Positions 12,840-25,894 of a stretch of DNA of 64,000 bases are shown here, piece after piece. The stretch is from Octopus vulgaris (Eukaryota). Both the position numbers and the translations under genes were made by a program. The DNA lies in NCBI GenBank assembly GCA_951406725.2, contig OX597818.1, forward strand, positions 95,914,001 through 95,978,000. The letters run 5' to 3'. The notes beneath the pieces are model-generated. The model searched no databases, had not been told where the DNA came from, and saw only the letters and a program-made list of their open reading frames with translations. Numbering within the stretch: position 1 is the stretch's first letter; each line of letters starts with the position of its first letter.

Positions 12840-15800
12840 CATTGTATGTCACTCAATAAAATGCCTGATAGTGAATACACATAAAGGACTATATAAATAT
12901 AGCAGATTACCATTTGGTCTAAAGGTTGCACATACAATTTTTCAACAGGTTATGACTGCAATGTTAGCATACTGTGAATTTGCAAGTCCATACCTGGATG
13001 ATATATTAATTAAAAATGAATCTCATGATCAGCATGTCGGGCACGTAAAATGTGTTTTTAAAAAAATAAGAGATTACGGCTTCACACTGAGTGAGGAAAA
13101 ATGTGAAATTTTCTTACCTAAAATTAAGTATTTAGAACAAATTATCAACAGGAATGGATGATGACTGGACCCATTAAGGGCAGACACAATTAAAAATATG
13201 CCTCCTCCGACTAATATAATGACCTTACAAGCTTTTCTGAATTATTATCAAAATTATATGCCAAATAAGCACGAATTGAGAGCTCCCTAAATAATTTGAT
13301 AAAAGAGGATGTAAAGTGGAATTGGTCAAATAACTGTCAAAAGGCGTTTCAGGATATTAAAAAAAATATTAATATTGGATTTATTGCTGGCTCATTTTGA
13401 TCCTGCAGCGGAGATTGTTGTGGCTTCTGATGCTTCTGAATACAGCATTGGAGCAGTAATGCTACTCAGATATAAAGATGGGAATATGAAGGCGGTGGTT
13501 CATACCTTACATTCTCTGATAGCAGCAGAGAAAAACTATAGGCAAATAGAGAAAGAAGTGAGATGTATGCAATCTGCACCGTACCACCCGAGATCAAATG
13601 GGCAAGCAGCAAAGTTCGCAGACACATTTAAGTGAGCATTAAAAAGATCAGGAAATGAATTAGGCAATGATGCAGCACTAACTCAATCATTTTTGTCATG
13701 AAGAAATTTCACACATTTTTGCATGATGGAAGTTTTTGGCTTCAAACTGATCACCAACCATTATTATCAATTTTGAGTTAAAAGAATGGAATTCCTGCCC
13801 ATACAGCAAACAGGTTACGATGCTGGGGTACAATATTGTTGAATTATGACTTTAAGATGGAGTATATACCATCCAAGAGGTTAGGCCATGCGGATTGTTT
13901 ACCAAGGCTAATTCCAAAAAAGTGGAACTATTGGAAGATACAGTGATAGCCTCATTAGAAGCGGAAAATGAAATAAAAAAACATTTTGTGTAACATGAAT
14001 CAGAAGCTGCCAGTAACTGTTCAAGGTATAAAATTAAAATCTGAGAATGATAAATTCATTGCAAAAATGAAAGAAATGTTGAAGGTAAAAGAAAATAAAA
14101 ACATACGTAACAAACACAAACCATTTTTCTCTATGTGATGATATGTTGATGTACGCAGAATGAGTTGTAGTGCCAGCCACATTACAAACGCGTGTATTAA
14201 GTGAATTTCATATTGGACACCTTGGGATTTCAAGAATGAAATCAGTAATGAGGAGTTACGTGTATTGGCCTACTATGGACTGTGGTATCAAACAACTGGT
14301 GAAAACCTACAGAAGTTGTGCTCTCGCAGCAAAGTCACCACTGGTGAAATTCCAATCATGGCCTAAGACAGACAGTCCAGGCTACATATAGATTTTGCTG
14401 GACCAGTAAACAGTGTATTATGTGATCATAGTAGACAGCTATACTGAGTGGCTGGAAATATGTAAATGCAGTCAACCAACCTCAAAGGTAACAATAAGGT
14501 CCCTTCATAAACTTTTTGTGTGATACAGTGTCCCGGAAACCATAGTATCAAATAATGGAACACAGTTTTTGGGGTATAAGTTTAAAAATTTTAGTGAGAT
14601 GTATGCAATCTGCACCATACCACCCAAGATCAAATGAGCAAGCAGAAAGGTTCGCAGACACATTTAAGTGAGCATTAAAAAGATCAGGAAATGAATTAGG
14701 CAATGATGCAGCACTAACTCAATTCTTAAGGGTTTAGAGGGTAACACCTAACCACAACACATGTTCAGACAAGTTGCCTGCTGAGCTAATGTTTGCCTGG
14801 AAGGTAAAATTGATTTTTGATAAATTGTTACCTACACAAAAAACTTATAGGGAAAACCAAAGAAACACCACAAAGTATTGGGTTGTCCGGAAAGTTTGTG
14901 CTGATTTTTAAAGGAAAGAAAAAGGTCAATAAATACTTGCCATTACATTTTTAATCAACCAAATATGAACCATTTTGTTGCACAATGCATCTCCTTCTTT
15001 CCTTTAACTTGAAAATACCCTCTTCCTAGAACTGAGGTGGTTTCATGGCAAAGAATTCATCAAAGTATCTTTTTACGTCATCAAAGGAATTGAAATTTTT
15101 ACCATTAAGACTATTCTGCAGAGACCTGAATGAGTGTAAATCCGAAGGAGCAATATCTGGTGAATATGGAGGGTGGGGTAACACATCCCAGCTGAGCTGC
15201 AGCAATTTTTGTCTGGTTTCCAAAGCATCAAGTGCCGAAAATGAACTTTCTTACCTTCTATTTTAAAGGGTTACAAAATTAACACAGGTTATAGGAACAT
15301 AAACCTTCTTCCACAGAAAGACAGCCTAAACTGTGCTCTAAATGGAGGTGTAGTCAAATCCTATTTTATGGACTCAACCATGTTCTAAAATAAATTGAAA
15401 GGTAAGCTGCTTTAAATCGGCACCAACTTTCCGCACAACCCAATATTTTAATGTGGAAGATAAAGTTCATTTCAAAATATATAAGAATGGAAGACTGGGT
15501 TGGGAGTATGGTGTAGTAACAAAAAGAATAGGCAGTATGATGTACATAATGAAAGATCAAATAGAGCACAAATGACATTTGAACCAGTTGAAGACTAGAC
15601 ATATCTAAGAAAGAGAAGAAATACTGATGGAAGTCTTTTGTGACTTGTTCGATGTTCCAATGCCAAAAGAAGTTGAACCTAGGTGGATCAGCTATATAAA
15701 ATGTAAACAAACAGAATGACTAGAAATAGTCCTTAAGCGAAAGAATTATTAAAACTTCCGAGGAAATTAAAATCTCAAAAAAGGGAGAGGTGATGAGAAA

Positions 15801-15866
15801 AAAAATAGTATAAAATTTAATAAACAATTTGTACTTCCTACAAAAATCAAATCTCAAAAGGGGAGA
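12840..15866 (+). pseudogene. Decayed gypsy pol (RT, RNase H, integrase) with many stops and frameshifts, interrupted by a mariner
   Basis: Motifs in order: NTHKGLYKYSRLPFG and PYLDDILI (RT); VASDASEYSIGAV...QIEKE (RNase H); HIGHLGISRMKSVMRSYVYWP and PYHPRSN (integrase). Reading resumes after the mariner as FNVEDKVHFK. Purine tract aaaaggggaga at 15856-15866. Confidence 0.85.
14878..15443 (-). mobile_element. Internally deleted mariner (DD34D) copy
   Basis: TIRs ttgggttgtccggaaagtttgtgc / gcaccaactttccgcacaacccaa flanked by TA at 14876-77 and 15444-45. Encodes HPPYSPDIAPSDLH. Same family as 40911-42186. Confidence 0.9.
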
Positions 15867-16318
15867 TGTTATGGCAAATATCATGACACCTCCTGTGAGA
15901 ATGGACTTGCTAAACTTGTATAAGTAGCAGTGTGTTTGACTGAGAGGGAGAGATGGAAAATCGCAGGGAGCTGTAAAGTGTTGTTTGAGAGTTCGTAGAG
16001 TCGCAGGAAATTGTTGAGAAGTTGTTATAGTTCATTGAGTGTTGTTTTGGATTGGTTACATTTGTTGGCAGAGTAGTTGGTGTCTGCCCCATTCCATGGT
16101 ATTGTATATCCCACTGTTATTAGTGTACGTCACAAAAGTGACATAGCGGTCTCAATACAAGAGTGGCGTCAAGGATATTCACTTACAAAAGTTATCCTTG
16201 CTGTAATGTTGCAGTCAGAGTTAACATTTGCTCTAGGGTCAGTAATGCAGTCAAGTTCTAATAAAGGAGTAGTTTACACTACTTGTAAGGACTTTTGTTA
16301 ACGAGAATTTAGTAAGCA
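15867..16318 (+). repeat. Probable 3' LTR of the old gypsy element
   Basis: Starts with TG immediately after the purine tract and has AATAAA at ~16260. No matching 5' LTR was seen and the right boundary is a guess. Confidence 0.45.
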
Positions 16319-17220
16319 ATTAGTAACTCAATGGAGCCAAAGTAAAAGTAGCTGTGATTATAATTCATTGCAGCCTGCAACGCTCTGCCCTGCATATTAG
16401 AAGAAATGTTTTGTGGTAAACTGGATTCATTTTTGAGAATTCTGTTGGTTGTTCTGAACAGTTTTATGAGGAGGAAGTAACTTTTGAACATTAATTGTGA
16501 AACAAATGGTATTTACATTATAAATTGAAGAGACACCTAGTTCAAATGATTAAGATTAAGTCTTTCCAATTGATCAGTTGATTTGAATTATAAAGTTCAT
16601 TAACAGGAGTTATAAGGTAGGGTTGTGCTATGCATGGGCCCAGGAACAGGAAATGCAGGAGGTGCACATGCATCTCCTAAAGTTTTGGACGATACTAAAT
16701 CAAAATTTGCATCCCTGCTTACTTTTCTCAGGTTTAGAAAACAGTGTGCAAAATGTGATTTGTAAAAAGTAGCTTGAAGTAGGTTTCTTCACAAAGAATT
16801 AAGAACATAAAAAACAGAACAAAAACAATAAGATCTGTTTTGTAAAAAAATTTGGACCGTGCTAGCACAGAAAACAGACGCTAAACAACGATGATGATGA
16901 TTATGATGTTTGCATCCCCTGAGCAAATTTTATTCCCAAACCAGTGGTGCTAAGTGAAATAATTTCGCTACTTTTGCTACTGAAAGAATCTCTTTCTTAA
17001 GAAGAAGTACTATCATAGAACAAAGAATGAGAATGAGGAGTGTTCTAAAATTAGAATCTGGTAAGTTAAACTATTTCTTCTGGTGATGTTGGGGCATCAT
17101 GATAAATCACAAAATGAGACAATGTCAACTCTTCCATTGCAAACAAACAAACTTGTCATTATATTCAAGTAACTCAACTTCTACCAAAAGGTTATTTTAG
17201 TTTCAGCACATGGATTATGT

Positions 17221-17465
17221 GGAGGCGCGTGGCTTAGTGGTTAAGGTGTCAGCATCATAATCGTAAAATTGTGGTTTTGATTCCTGGACTGGGTGGCGTG
17301 TTGTGTTCTTGAGCCAAACACTTCATTTCATGTTGCTCCAGTCCACTCAGCTGGCAAAAATGAGTAACGCTGCAATGGACTGGTGTCCCATCCAGGTAGG
17401 GAACATATATGCCACTGAAACCGGGAAACCAGGCTCATGAGCCTGGCTAGGCTTTAAAAGGATGC
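17221..17465 (+). mobile_element. tRNA-derived SINE
   Basis: A box tggcttagtgg, B-box-like gttttgattcc, then ttcttgagc..aacacttcatttcatgttgctccagt. Related copies at 37985-38230 (+), 37349-37662 (-), ~9960-10075 (-) and ~60420-60560 (+). Confidence 0.8.
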
Positions 17466-18265
17466 ATTTATTTATTATATTTATATGGATTATATAAGAA
17501 AACGACAATGAGAAATTAGCCAAGAATTTTGGGAGATATTGACTGGAGAACAACAGTGTCTAAAAATAAAAGTATAAAACAAACCCAAGGACTCCCATTG
17601 GAGGAGTTGAGAGCAGAGATCAATTGAGTGAATTGGTGAAGTACTCCAAAAAGTAAATCTTTCCAACTGGGTTCTAGATGATTCCATGATTTGGGGTCAG
17701 TAGTATGAACTTCTATGTTGCCTGCTATATCTTCTTGTTTTATTCACTTCCTCCAGAGTTGTGAGATGATTTTATTTTACACAATTCCTTGTTGATTTAG
17801 AAAACTTCTCACTTTCTTAGACATGAATTGAGCTCTTTTATTTACTATGGATAGCACCAGGAGTTCCAAAAAGAGAAAATAGCCTTCCAGATGTTGAACT
17901 AGAATTTTAGAGGTGGTAGCCCTGCAAGGAAACACAAAAGGGTAACTGATTAAGCATCAAATGTATCTGATTCAAGATACTGACTGCTTAAGATCCAAAA
18001 TATTCAGTGAGCTATAATTGAAAAAAAAAAATTAGGTCATAGTTAGAAGCACAATTTGGTTGTCATAACAGGTTTCAAGAATATTCTTAGATGAAGAAGA
18101 AAGATTACTTTCTTTTACATAATATAACAGGTGTCTCACACAAGAGTAACACTATTCAACATGAATGCCTTAAAGAAATATTTTTTATTCTGGTTGCGTC
18201 GAGCAGCTTATTTGAGACAATTCCATTTTCCACATTGATAACAACATGGTAAAATTATATGAAGG

Positions 18266-18655
18266 GTCGCTGCCAGAGCAGCTGACTGGCTTCTGTGCCG
18301 GTGGCACATAAAAATCACTATTCAAATGTGATCGTTACCAGCGTCGCCTTACTGGCACTTGTGCTGGTGGCACGTGAAAAACATTTGAGCGAGGTCATTG
18401 CCAGTGCTGCTGGACTGGCTCCTGTGCAGGTGGCATATAAAAAACACTACTTGAGTGTGGCCATTGCCCTCATGCTGGTGGCACGTAAAAGCACCCACTA
18501 CACTCTCGGAGTGGTTGGCGATAGGAAGGGCATCCAGCTGCAAAAACTCTGCCAAATCAGATTGGAGCCTCGTGCAGCCATCTGGTTTTCCAGTCCTCAG
18601 TCAAATTATCCAACCCATGCTAGCATGGAAAGCAGACATTAAACGATGATGATGG
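18266..18655 (+). mobile_element. RTE-type LINE/SINE 3' portion with internal tandem subrepeats
   Basis: Repeated gtgc.ggtggcac.taaaaa units followed by the conserved tail ending cattaaacgatgatgatg. Confidence 0.65.
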
Positions 18656-18959
18656 CATGATTTCTGAGGGTAGAATTTTGTTATAATTATTTTGCATTAA
18701 TGGAATTTATCAAGTATAAATCAAGCACTGGTGGTTTGTAATAAGAGTAAAGCACCTTTCAAGGAGGGAGTGTTTCTATTTATGCAAACTGCTTACCCTT
18801 TGTCATACCAACCCATCACAAACTGCTCTTGGTACTATGATAAGAGCTTTCACTTTTAATGTGATCTTAATTAAACCTTCCATCAAAATATCATATAAAT
18901 TTATGCTCTTTTGAAAAATGAATTGAAACAAAGGCTGTATATTTCAACAGAAATCATAC

Positions 18960-19310
18960 CTACACATACATACACGCACACATCCAGACCGCCAGCCCTC
19001 TTTCACACACACATACATACTCTCTTATACACACCCGCACCTTCGTGTTGGGGGGTCATCTTTACTTTGTTATCTCCCCTAATTTCCTTCTCGTGTGTGA
19101 CCTTCTGTCCGAGTCAGTCGCCATGATAGATCGTTAGCCACTACACACATTTTTTTCTCTCCTTGTTTTTTCTGTGTCGCTTTCAGTAGAAGAGCGTCGG
19201 CTCGAAACGTAAAAGACTTTTTCTATTCCTGAGTGTTATACTAATACATCTGTTTGTTTTGTACACCACCTGTCTTTGTCTTTTGTTTTTTTCATAAACT
19301 CTCCCTATTG
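18960..19310 (+). mobile_element. Penelope-like 3' terminal fragment with variant hammerhead motif (19180-19215)
   Basis: CTTT CAGTAGA A GAGC GTCG GCTC GAAAC GTA AAAG. A related, more decayed end lies at ~54930-55050, downstream of a GIY-YIG remnant. Confidence 0.55.
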
Positions 19311-20089
19311 TAACAAAGACAGTAACAATTGAAGACTAACAATTTCTTGAACAATTGGGAGGGAAGTACATTTCATCAAGGCTCTTGCTTTATCTGGAAA
19401 CTGTGTTGTTCATTTATGGTAATAGACAAGCAACTCAATGATCTTCTCAAGTTCCTTTTAAGAAGCAAGAATTTTAAGACATGTGAGTGGAAGCAGCCTG
19501 TCAGGAACTGGAGTAATTCTGTAATCTTGACTACAATACCCAAGGAATTTTGTTTGTTTCATCAAAAACATATTTTATGATAACTAGAGTTACATTAGAT
19601 CTTTAGTACATGATGAATATGCCTTTAGATTGTTCTTGTGAACTTTCTAAGAGTTAGTGCACATGATAAGGCAATCTACATTTAAATAGATAGGCTCAAG
19701 GTTATTCAGAGAGATAATTCAGCCCATAACATACTCCAGAATACATAAGGCCAAATGGGAGTTTGTATACTAATACATGTGTCTCAAGGTTTCAAAATCA
19801 GTGTCAGAATAGTCTTTCATCTCCAGTATCTGTTGATAGTAGGCATATTTCATGTCGAATTTGCTAAGGTATAAAAGTTACAATATGATATGTATTAATT
19901 CATCAATGATAGAGCCTGGAGAAATGTTTGAAAGCTGATAGAACAAGATAACATATCTAATTTTATTTTTTTGGATTTTACTATGACCTGGTGAGTTACT
20001 GAGTTTTATTAAACCTTTTCAATGATTATAAAAGTGTGGTCAATAATGTAAGATAACTTTTGGTGGGTAAACAGGAGAAACATGATGAT

Positions 20090-20398
20090 GAACAGCACAG
20101 CTCCTATGACTTTTGGAAACATTTTTTCACGCTAAGAGTTGCTGAAATATGGAACAGACTGTCAGCATCAGTTGTTAGTTGTTGGAGCACTGCATCCTTC
20201 AAAACTTCCATGCTTCCTGAGATTCGCCAACACTACACCTGATTTCCCCCTCTCCATACACACGCAAGCATGGTATCTGACTCATACACTGTTCACTTTC
20301 CAGACATTTGTACATTACTGCATATACTTTATCCGCACTTTTGACAAGTTGTGGTGCACCTGAGCACTGTATACAATAATTTCATTATTATTATTATA
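20090..20398 (+). mobile_element. 5'-truncated CR1/L2-type LINE 3' end
   Basis: Encodes FFTLRVAEIWNRLSASVV...QHYT*, then a 3' UTR ending in (ATT)n. Near-identical family member at 39048-39430 (-). Confidence 0.8.
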
Positions 20399-21818
20399 AT
20401 GAAATCCATCAACAATCATTCTTATTTCTTTAGTGAGTTGACTGTGAAAGATCAAGATGAAATGAGGGATTCAAGGATTCAACATAGAGTGAAGACAGCA
20501 GCAGTGAGTAATGAAATAAGAAACTTGCAATAAAATAGCATTCAACACTGCTCATATTTAGGAATGGTTTTGAGCAAAAATCATAACATGGAATAGAGCA
20601 TGTGAAGAAAATTAAAACAGTTAAAATAAGACGTTGTTTATGAGACTAATTAATGTGTCAGCATAAGACAATGTCTGTGAGAAAGATTATATGAATTTTG
20701 TCATTATGCATATGTGTATGTGTAAGTGTGTATGTGTATGTGTGTATGCAAGTGAGTATGCATGTGTGTATTTAGGGAATGTAGATGTGGGAGTTTCTGT
20801 GTGTTTCTGTGTGTGTGTGTGTGTGTATCTGTGCAACAGAGAGGGAAATTAAAACTGCATATGTTGTGAACTTGGAATATGTGTTTATTAATAAAAGTTT
20901 AATAAAGATAGTCTTTTATTCATACGAATGTAACTGATATGAAATATGTCATAAATAACAGTGACATTTTCATATGACACCGCAAATAATTGTTGTTGAC
21001 ACACTACGGCAGAAATTGAATTCACCTCAATAGACGTCATTGATTGGTTGAAATTGCTGAAATGTAAGAAATTAAACAACAAATAGCTTACAAACTACAG
21101 AATTTTCTCAAGAAAGCCAAGAGAAAAAGATGTTTTATAAACACATTCTACCAGTATACGAAGTTTAAAAGTGTTTAGTTCCAAAGAAATTATTTTAAAA
21201 ATCTGCCGGTCAAAGCGAAAAGATCCGAATTTGGTAAAGAGAAAGTGTATGAATGCTTGCCATATATATTTATATAAACTTTTGGGAGAGTTTTTCGGAT
21301 CGTGCTCACCTCCTTGCAATTTTGCTTTTTGATAATTCTCTTTAAAATACTCGTTTTTAAACAGCGCTTTGTAGAAACATGTTTTCGAGAGTGTAGATTA
21401 CCTAATATTAGTTAATATTTCAAACATTAATTTACAGAAAAGAAAGAAAGAAAGAAAGAAAATGTTAAAGTGACCGAAATTGATGGAAACAAATTCGGAT
21501 GGAAATGAATGATCCCAAACTCCTTCTTCATCCAATTTTTTCCTAAATTTTATCAACATAATCGTAATTCACACCTTTGGAATCTCTTCAAAATTGCATT
21601 TAAAAAATACGCGTTTTCAGAATGTTTAGTCACTGAAGTATACAAGGGAGATAATCTACAGAAAGTAACAGTAATGTACAGTTATTTCCCTTAGAATGCA
21701 TTTTAATTTTATTGTTCGGGTTGAACCTGGAATTAAACAAAAGAAAGAAAAAAGGATTTGTGTGAATGCCAAGCTTCTCTAGGATATAAACCTTACCCGA
21801 ACGTTTTCAAACAAGTAC

Positions 21819-22241
21819 GGCGATCTTTCGTCTCTAGTAGACCTTTCCGTCGATTTCCGTAAAAAAATATTTTTTTTTACATATGGGCTTGCGGGAACTT
21901 TTGAAGTAATATACATACATATACACCTACACCAAATAAAAAATTTCAGTTATCTCTTTCTTTCACACATTACTCTGTCTCTTCACACACACTAACAGAA
22001 GCACTTCACTTACACAACATACTGTCTGTCTCCCACACCCCATCAAACACACACACACACACATGTACATCAATGCTTGCCATGCACGGTAACTTCAAAA
22101 GAACTTCCCTCGTCATAAAATCGCTTTCTCTTAGTCTCTTTCGCTCTCATTACTTCAAAAGTTCCCGCAAGCCCATATGTAAAAAAAAAAATTTTTTTTA
22201 CGGAAATCGACGGAAAGGTCTACTAGTGACGAAAGATTGCC
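21819..22241. mobile_element. MITE with ~90-bp TIRs starting GGCGA/GGCAA (Merlin-like)
   Basis: ggcgatctttcgtctctagtagacctttccgtcgatttccg... at 21819 and its reverse complement ending at 22241. The 8-bp flanks are swapped with the copy at 22361-22410. Confidence 0.8.
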
Positions 22242-22360
22242 TAAAAATGAATTCAGAGGGAAAAATCAGTGCGTTCAACTCACACTTGTAGATACGCGGG
22301 TTCAAATAATGTTCGGCTGGAAATTTTCTGTACACGTATTAGTTTCTTTTGTGTACTTGT

Positions 22361-22410
22361 GGCAATCTTTCGTCACTGACGGAAAGGTCTACTAGAGACG
22401 AAAGATCGCC
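22361..22410. mobile_element. 50-bp internally deleted copy of the same MITE in opposite orientation
   Basis: ggcaatctttcgtcact joined to gacggaaaggtctactagagacgaaagatcgcc, i.e. both termini with almost no interior. Confidence 0.8.
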
Positions 22411-23051
22411 CATTTTTAATTTCCATTTGTACGTCTTGCTTGAGTTTTTCCTCACCACTTATTTTATATAATTTTTTTTTTTACTTATTTCAGCCATTTG
22501 ACTGTGGCCATGCTGGGTACCGCCTTCAGGAATTTTTAGTCCAATAAGACGACCCCAGCATGACTGAAACGTGTAAAAAGATAAAACTGCCTTTTCCATC
22601 TAAAATAGCAACAACAAAGAAAAACTCAAAAAAACACCAGATTATTTTAATGAAATAGATACCCCACCCTCACCTCTTGGCTCTTGCATACTACCCACGC
22701 ATTTCATCTTCACCGCTTGACATCCCCCCCATCACTATCGATTGTATCATCATTACCAGCCTGCCACTCGTGCCCCACCCCACCTCATTCTCTTTTGCAT
22801 CCCTCTATCCTTCCCAACTCATGGCTCATTGTTCATCCACCCTTTAGTCCTACTCAAATTTTGCAGTTTATCTCGTTTTTTGCTCCCCATACAATCCTGC
22901 AACCCCGTCCCTCCATTTCTACTCATCTTGTACCTTATGGGCTCCTTAGTACAATTATCCATCTCTCTGTGACTCCTATTAATCATTCTTTTTTCTCTTT
23001 CTCTCTTCCCTTCTCTTATTAAATGTGAGTAGCCGCTCAGATCTTCTACAG

Positions 23052-23514
23052 CAGTGCTACTCAAAGTGGTGGTCAGCTGCTGGTATGCAGCGAGTTTCCA
23101 GAAAAGAAAGAAATATTATAAAATGCTTGTAAAATGCTTCTAAAATACTTATGTAATATTGTATTATTTGCAGCGTGGAAGGTGTTTTCTAAGCCATTTA
23201 AGAAACACACAAAAACCGTTAGATTCACTTCAACATTTAAATTTAATTTGTCAAAATATTTTCATCGCTTTGAGACCGCGACCTGTTCACTGACAAAACT
23301 TCATGCTGCATCACTCGCTATGCATGTACATCTCCGTAATTGTATTATTTGTTTACAAAATAAATATAAGATTTAAAAAATTGTAAACTTTTATTATATT
23401 CATTATATATATTGTTTCCAGTATAAATTGATATTACTAAGAAATATTACCGCCCCCTGACACATTGGAAAAAAAACTGCCAGTACGCCACATCAGATAG
23501 TTTGAGAAGCACTG
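23052..23514. mobile_element. hAT-like MITE
   Basis: TIRs cagtgctactcaaa / tttgagaagcactg, with degenerate 8-bp flanks ttctacag / ctctacaa. Confidence 0.55.
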
Positions 23515-23920
23515 CTCTACAAGACCCTACTTTGTCCCACCCCACCCCACTGCTCATAGTAACCTCAATAGTACAGGTGGTATGAAAAAAGCACTGTCTA
23601 CACTGTAAAGTAGCTAGCATTAGGAAGGGCACCCAACCATAGAACCAAGCCAATGCAGAACCTGGAGCAATATGATGTCCTTGGAGTTGTTGGAACCTGT
23701 TGGACAATGCAGCTCATGTCAGCTTGGAACATGGATATTAAATGAGGATGAAAGTGAGTGCAGTGGTTTGCTTTCCCATCCATGTTAAAACTTACATGGA
23801 TATTACTTATATCATGAAAGAAGGCAAAGGCTTCATCATCATCATCATCATCATCATCATTGTTGTCATTGTTTTAATGTCTATTTTTTATTGATTGCAT
23901 GAATTTGGATGAAATTTATT

Positions 23921-24340
23921 ACTCTTTTACTCTCTTTTATTCTTTTACTTGTTTCAGTTATTTGACTGTGGCCATGCTGGAGCACCGCCTTTAGTTGAGC
24001 AAATCGACCCCAGGACTTATTCTTTGTAAGCCTAGTACTTATTCTATCGGGCTCTTTTGCTGAACCACTAAGTTACAGGGATGTAAACACACCAGCATCA
24101 GTTGTCAAGCGATGTTGGGGGGACAAACACAGACACACAAACATATACACACACGTACATATATATACATATATACGATGGGCTTCTTTCAGTTTCCGTC
24201 TACCAAATCCACTCACAAGGTTTTGGTCAACCCGAGGCTATAGTAGAAGACACTTGCCCAAGGTACCACGCAGTTGGACTGAACCCGGAACCATGTGGTT
24301 GGTAAGGAAGCTACTTACCACACAGCCACTCCTACGCCTA
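23921..24340 (-). mobile_element. Full-length copy of the dominant composite tRNA-derived SINE
   Basis: Head ggagtggctgtgtggtaag...ggttccgggttcagtcc, central (TA/TG)n, tail ...gctccagcatggccacagtcaaat.actgaaacaagtaaaagag. Other copies or fragments at ~25645-26060 (-), 26482-26866 (+), 26985-27110 (+), 27930-28170 (-), 42985-43200 (+), 57005-57420 (-), 61316-61565 (+) and 63515-63722 (+). Confidence 0.85.
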
Positions 24341-24851
24341 TTGTTGAGGCAAATTTTCTCCAGCTGGATGCCTTTTTTTGTTGCCAACCCTTACCTGTTT
24401 CTTAGCCAGGTTAATCTATCATAGCTCTAAGATCTCTGAATATAAACAGCAAGTTTGCACTGAAAATTGCAGCGAATGGCACTGCTGTCATTCATTTGAC
24501 AATGACATTTGTTGACAAGTATTGCATGATGTCAAGACAAGATGGCATAAACATATACTTGCACGCGCATGGACACACACACACACACACACAAACACAC
24601 ACATCCATCACACACACACCCATGCCAATATGGGTATATCTGACAAAATAGACAAGATAGTCAAGCTGGAATATATTTGTCAAGGCAGACAGTGAAGATT
24701 TGTCACCTAATAGTTAGGGTGTTCACTCACAATCATAATGAAATGGGTTCAATTTCTGGACTGGGCAGTTCATTGTGTCCTTGAGCAAAGCACAATATTT
24801 CATTTTGCTCCAGTCTACTCAGTTGAAGAGTGCCAACTGAGTGCTGGTGTA

Positions 24852-25350
24852 TCTCTCTCTCTCCCTATCTGTCTGTCTCTTTCTTTCCCTCTCTGTCTGT
24901 CTTTCTCTTTCTTTCTTTCCTCTTCAGTTTGTCACTCACTCTCACTCTCTCTCTCTGTTTGTTTGTATGTCTGTCTGTCTATCTCTCTCTCTCCCTTTGT
25001 TTGTCTGTCTGTCTGGCTGTCTCTCTTTCTTTCTCTGTCTGTCTATCAGTATCTCTCTCTCTCTCTCTCTCGCTTCCTCTATCTGTCTATCTCTCTTTTT
25101 CCCTCTCTGTCTGTCTGTCTCTCTCTTTCCCTCTCTGTCTGTCAGTCTCTCTCTCCCTCTGTTTGTCTGTCTCCCTCTATCTTTCCCGCTCTGTCTGTCT
25201 ATCAGTCTATCTATCTCTCTCTTTCCCTTTCTGTCTGTCTGTCAGTCTCTCTCTCTCACTCTCTATCTATCTATTTCTCTCCCTCTGTCTGTCTGTCTCT
25301 CTTTCTTTCCCTCTCTGTCTGTCAGTTTCTCCCCCCTCATCTCTCTCTCT
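24852..25350 (+). repeat. Compound (CT)n/(CTGT)n microsatellite
   Basis: Pyrimidine-rich repeat that produces three spurious ~200-aa ORFs. Confidence 0.95.
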
Positions 25351-25863
25351 AATCAGCTATCACACCCCGGGTGTACCACTAAATCAAACACTGTCTATCT
25401 TTATGTTTGCTTGTGATTAGATAGGCACCAACAATAATTTGTGGCAGCATGATATGTGTTAGCAACCCATGCTTGTTTTATGGTTGAATGCTGTCTCTTT
25501 AACCAGAGCTGATCAGAGGCCAAACAATGAAAACAATAGCTGTGAAGTTTAAAAATAAGCAACACCAGCAAATGTCTTGCATGAAATATTCATCATCTCA
25601 ATGCATGCAATTACACAGAGATAAATCTTTGCTTGTAAACAATCTTTTATATTCTATCTTTTAGTTGTTTCAGTTATTAGATTGTGGCCATGCTGGGGTG
25701 TCAGCTCAAAGAATTTTTAGTTGAATGAATCGACCCCCACCCCACCCAGTACTTATTTTTTTTAAAGTCTGGTAGTTTTTCTATCAGTCTCTTTTAGCTG
25801 AACTGCTAACATATAGGGACATAAACACACCAATACCAGTTGTCAAATGGTGATGGGGAGCAA

Positions 25864-25894
<31 letters not shown>

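Noticed and set aside
23246-23297. Hammerhead-like fold on the - strand (TTTGTCA...GAAA...TGACAAA)
   Set aside because: The first core box reads GTGAACA, too far from CUGANGA to call.
24738-25420. Three overlapping ~200-aa ORFs
   Set aside because: Read-through of a (CT)/(CTGT) microsatellite.
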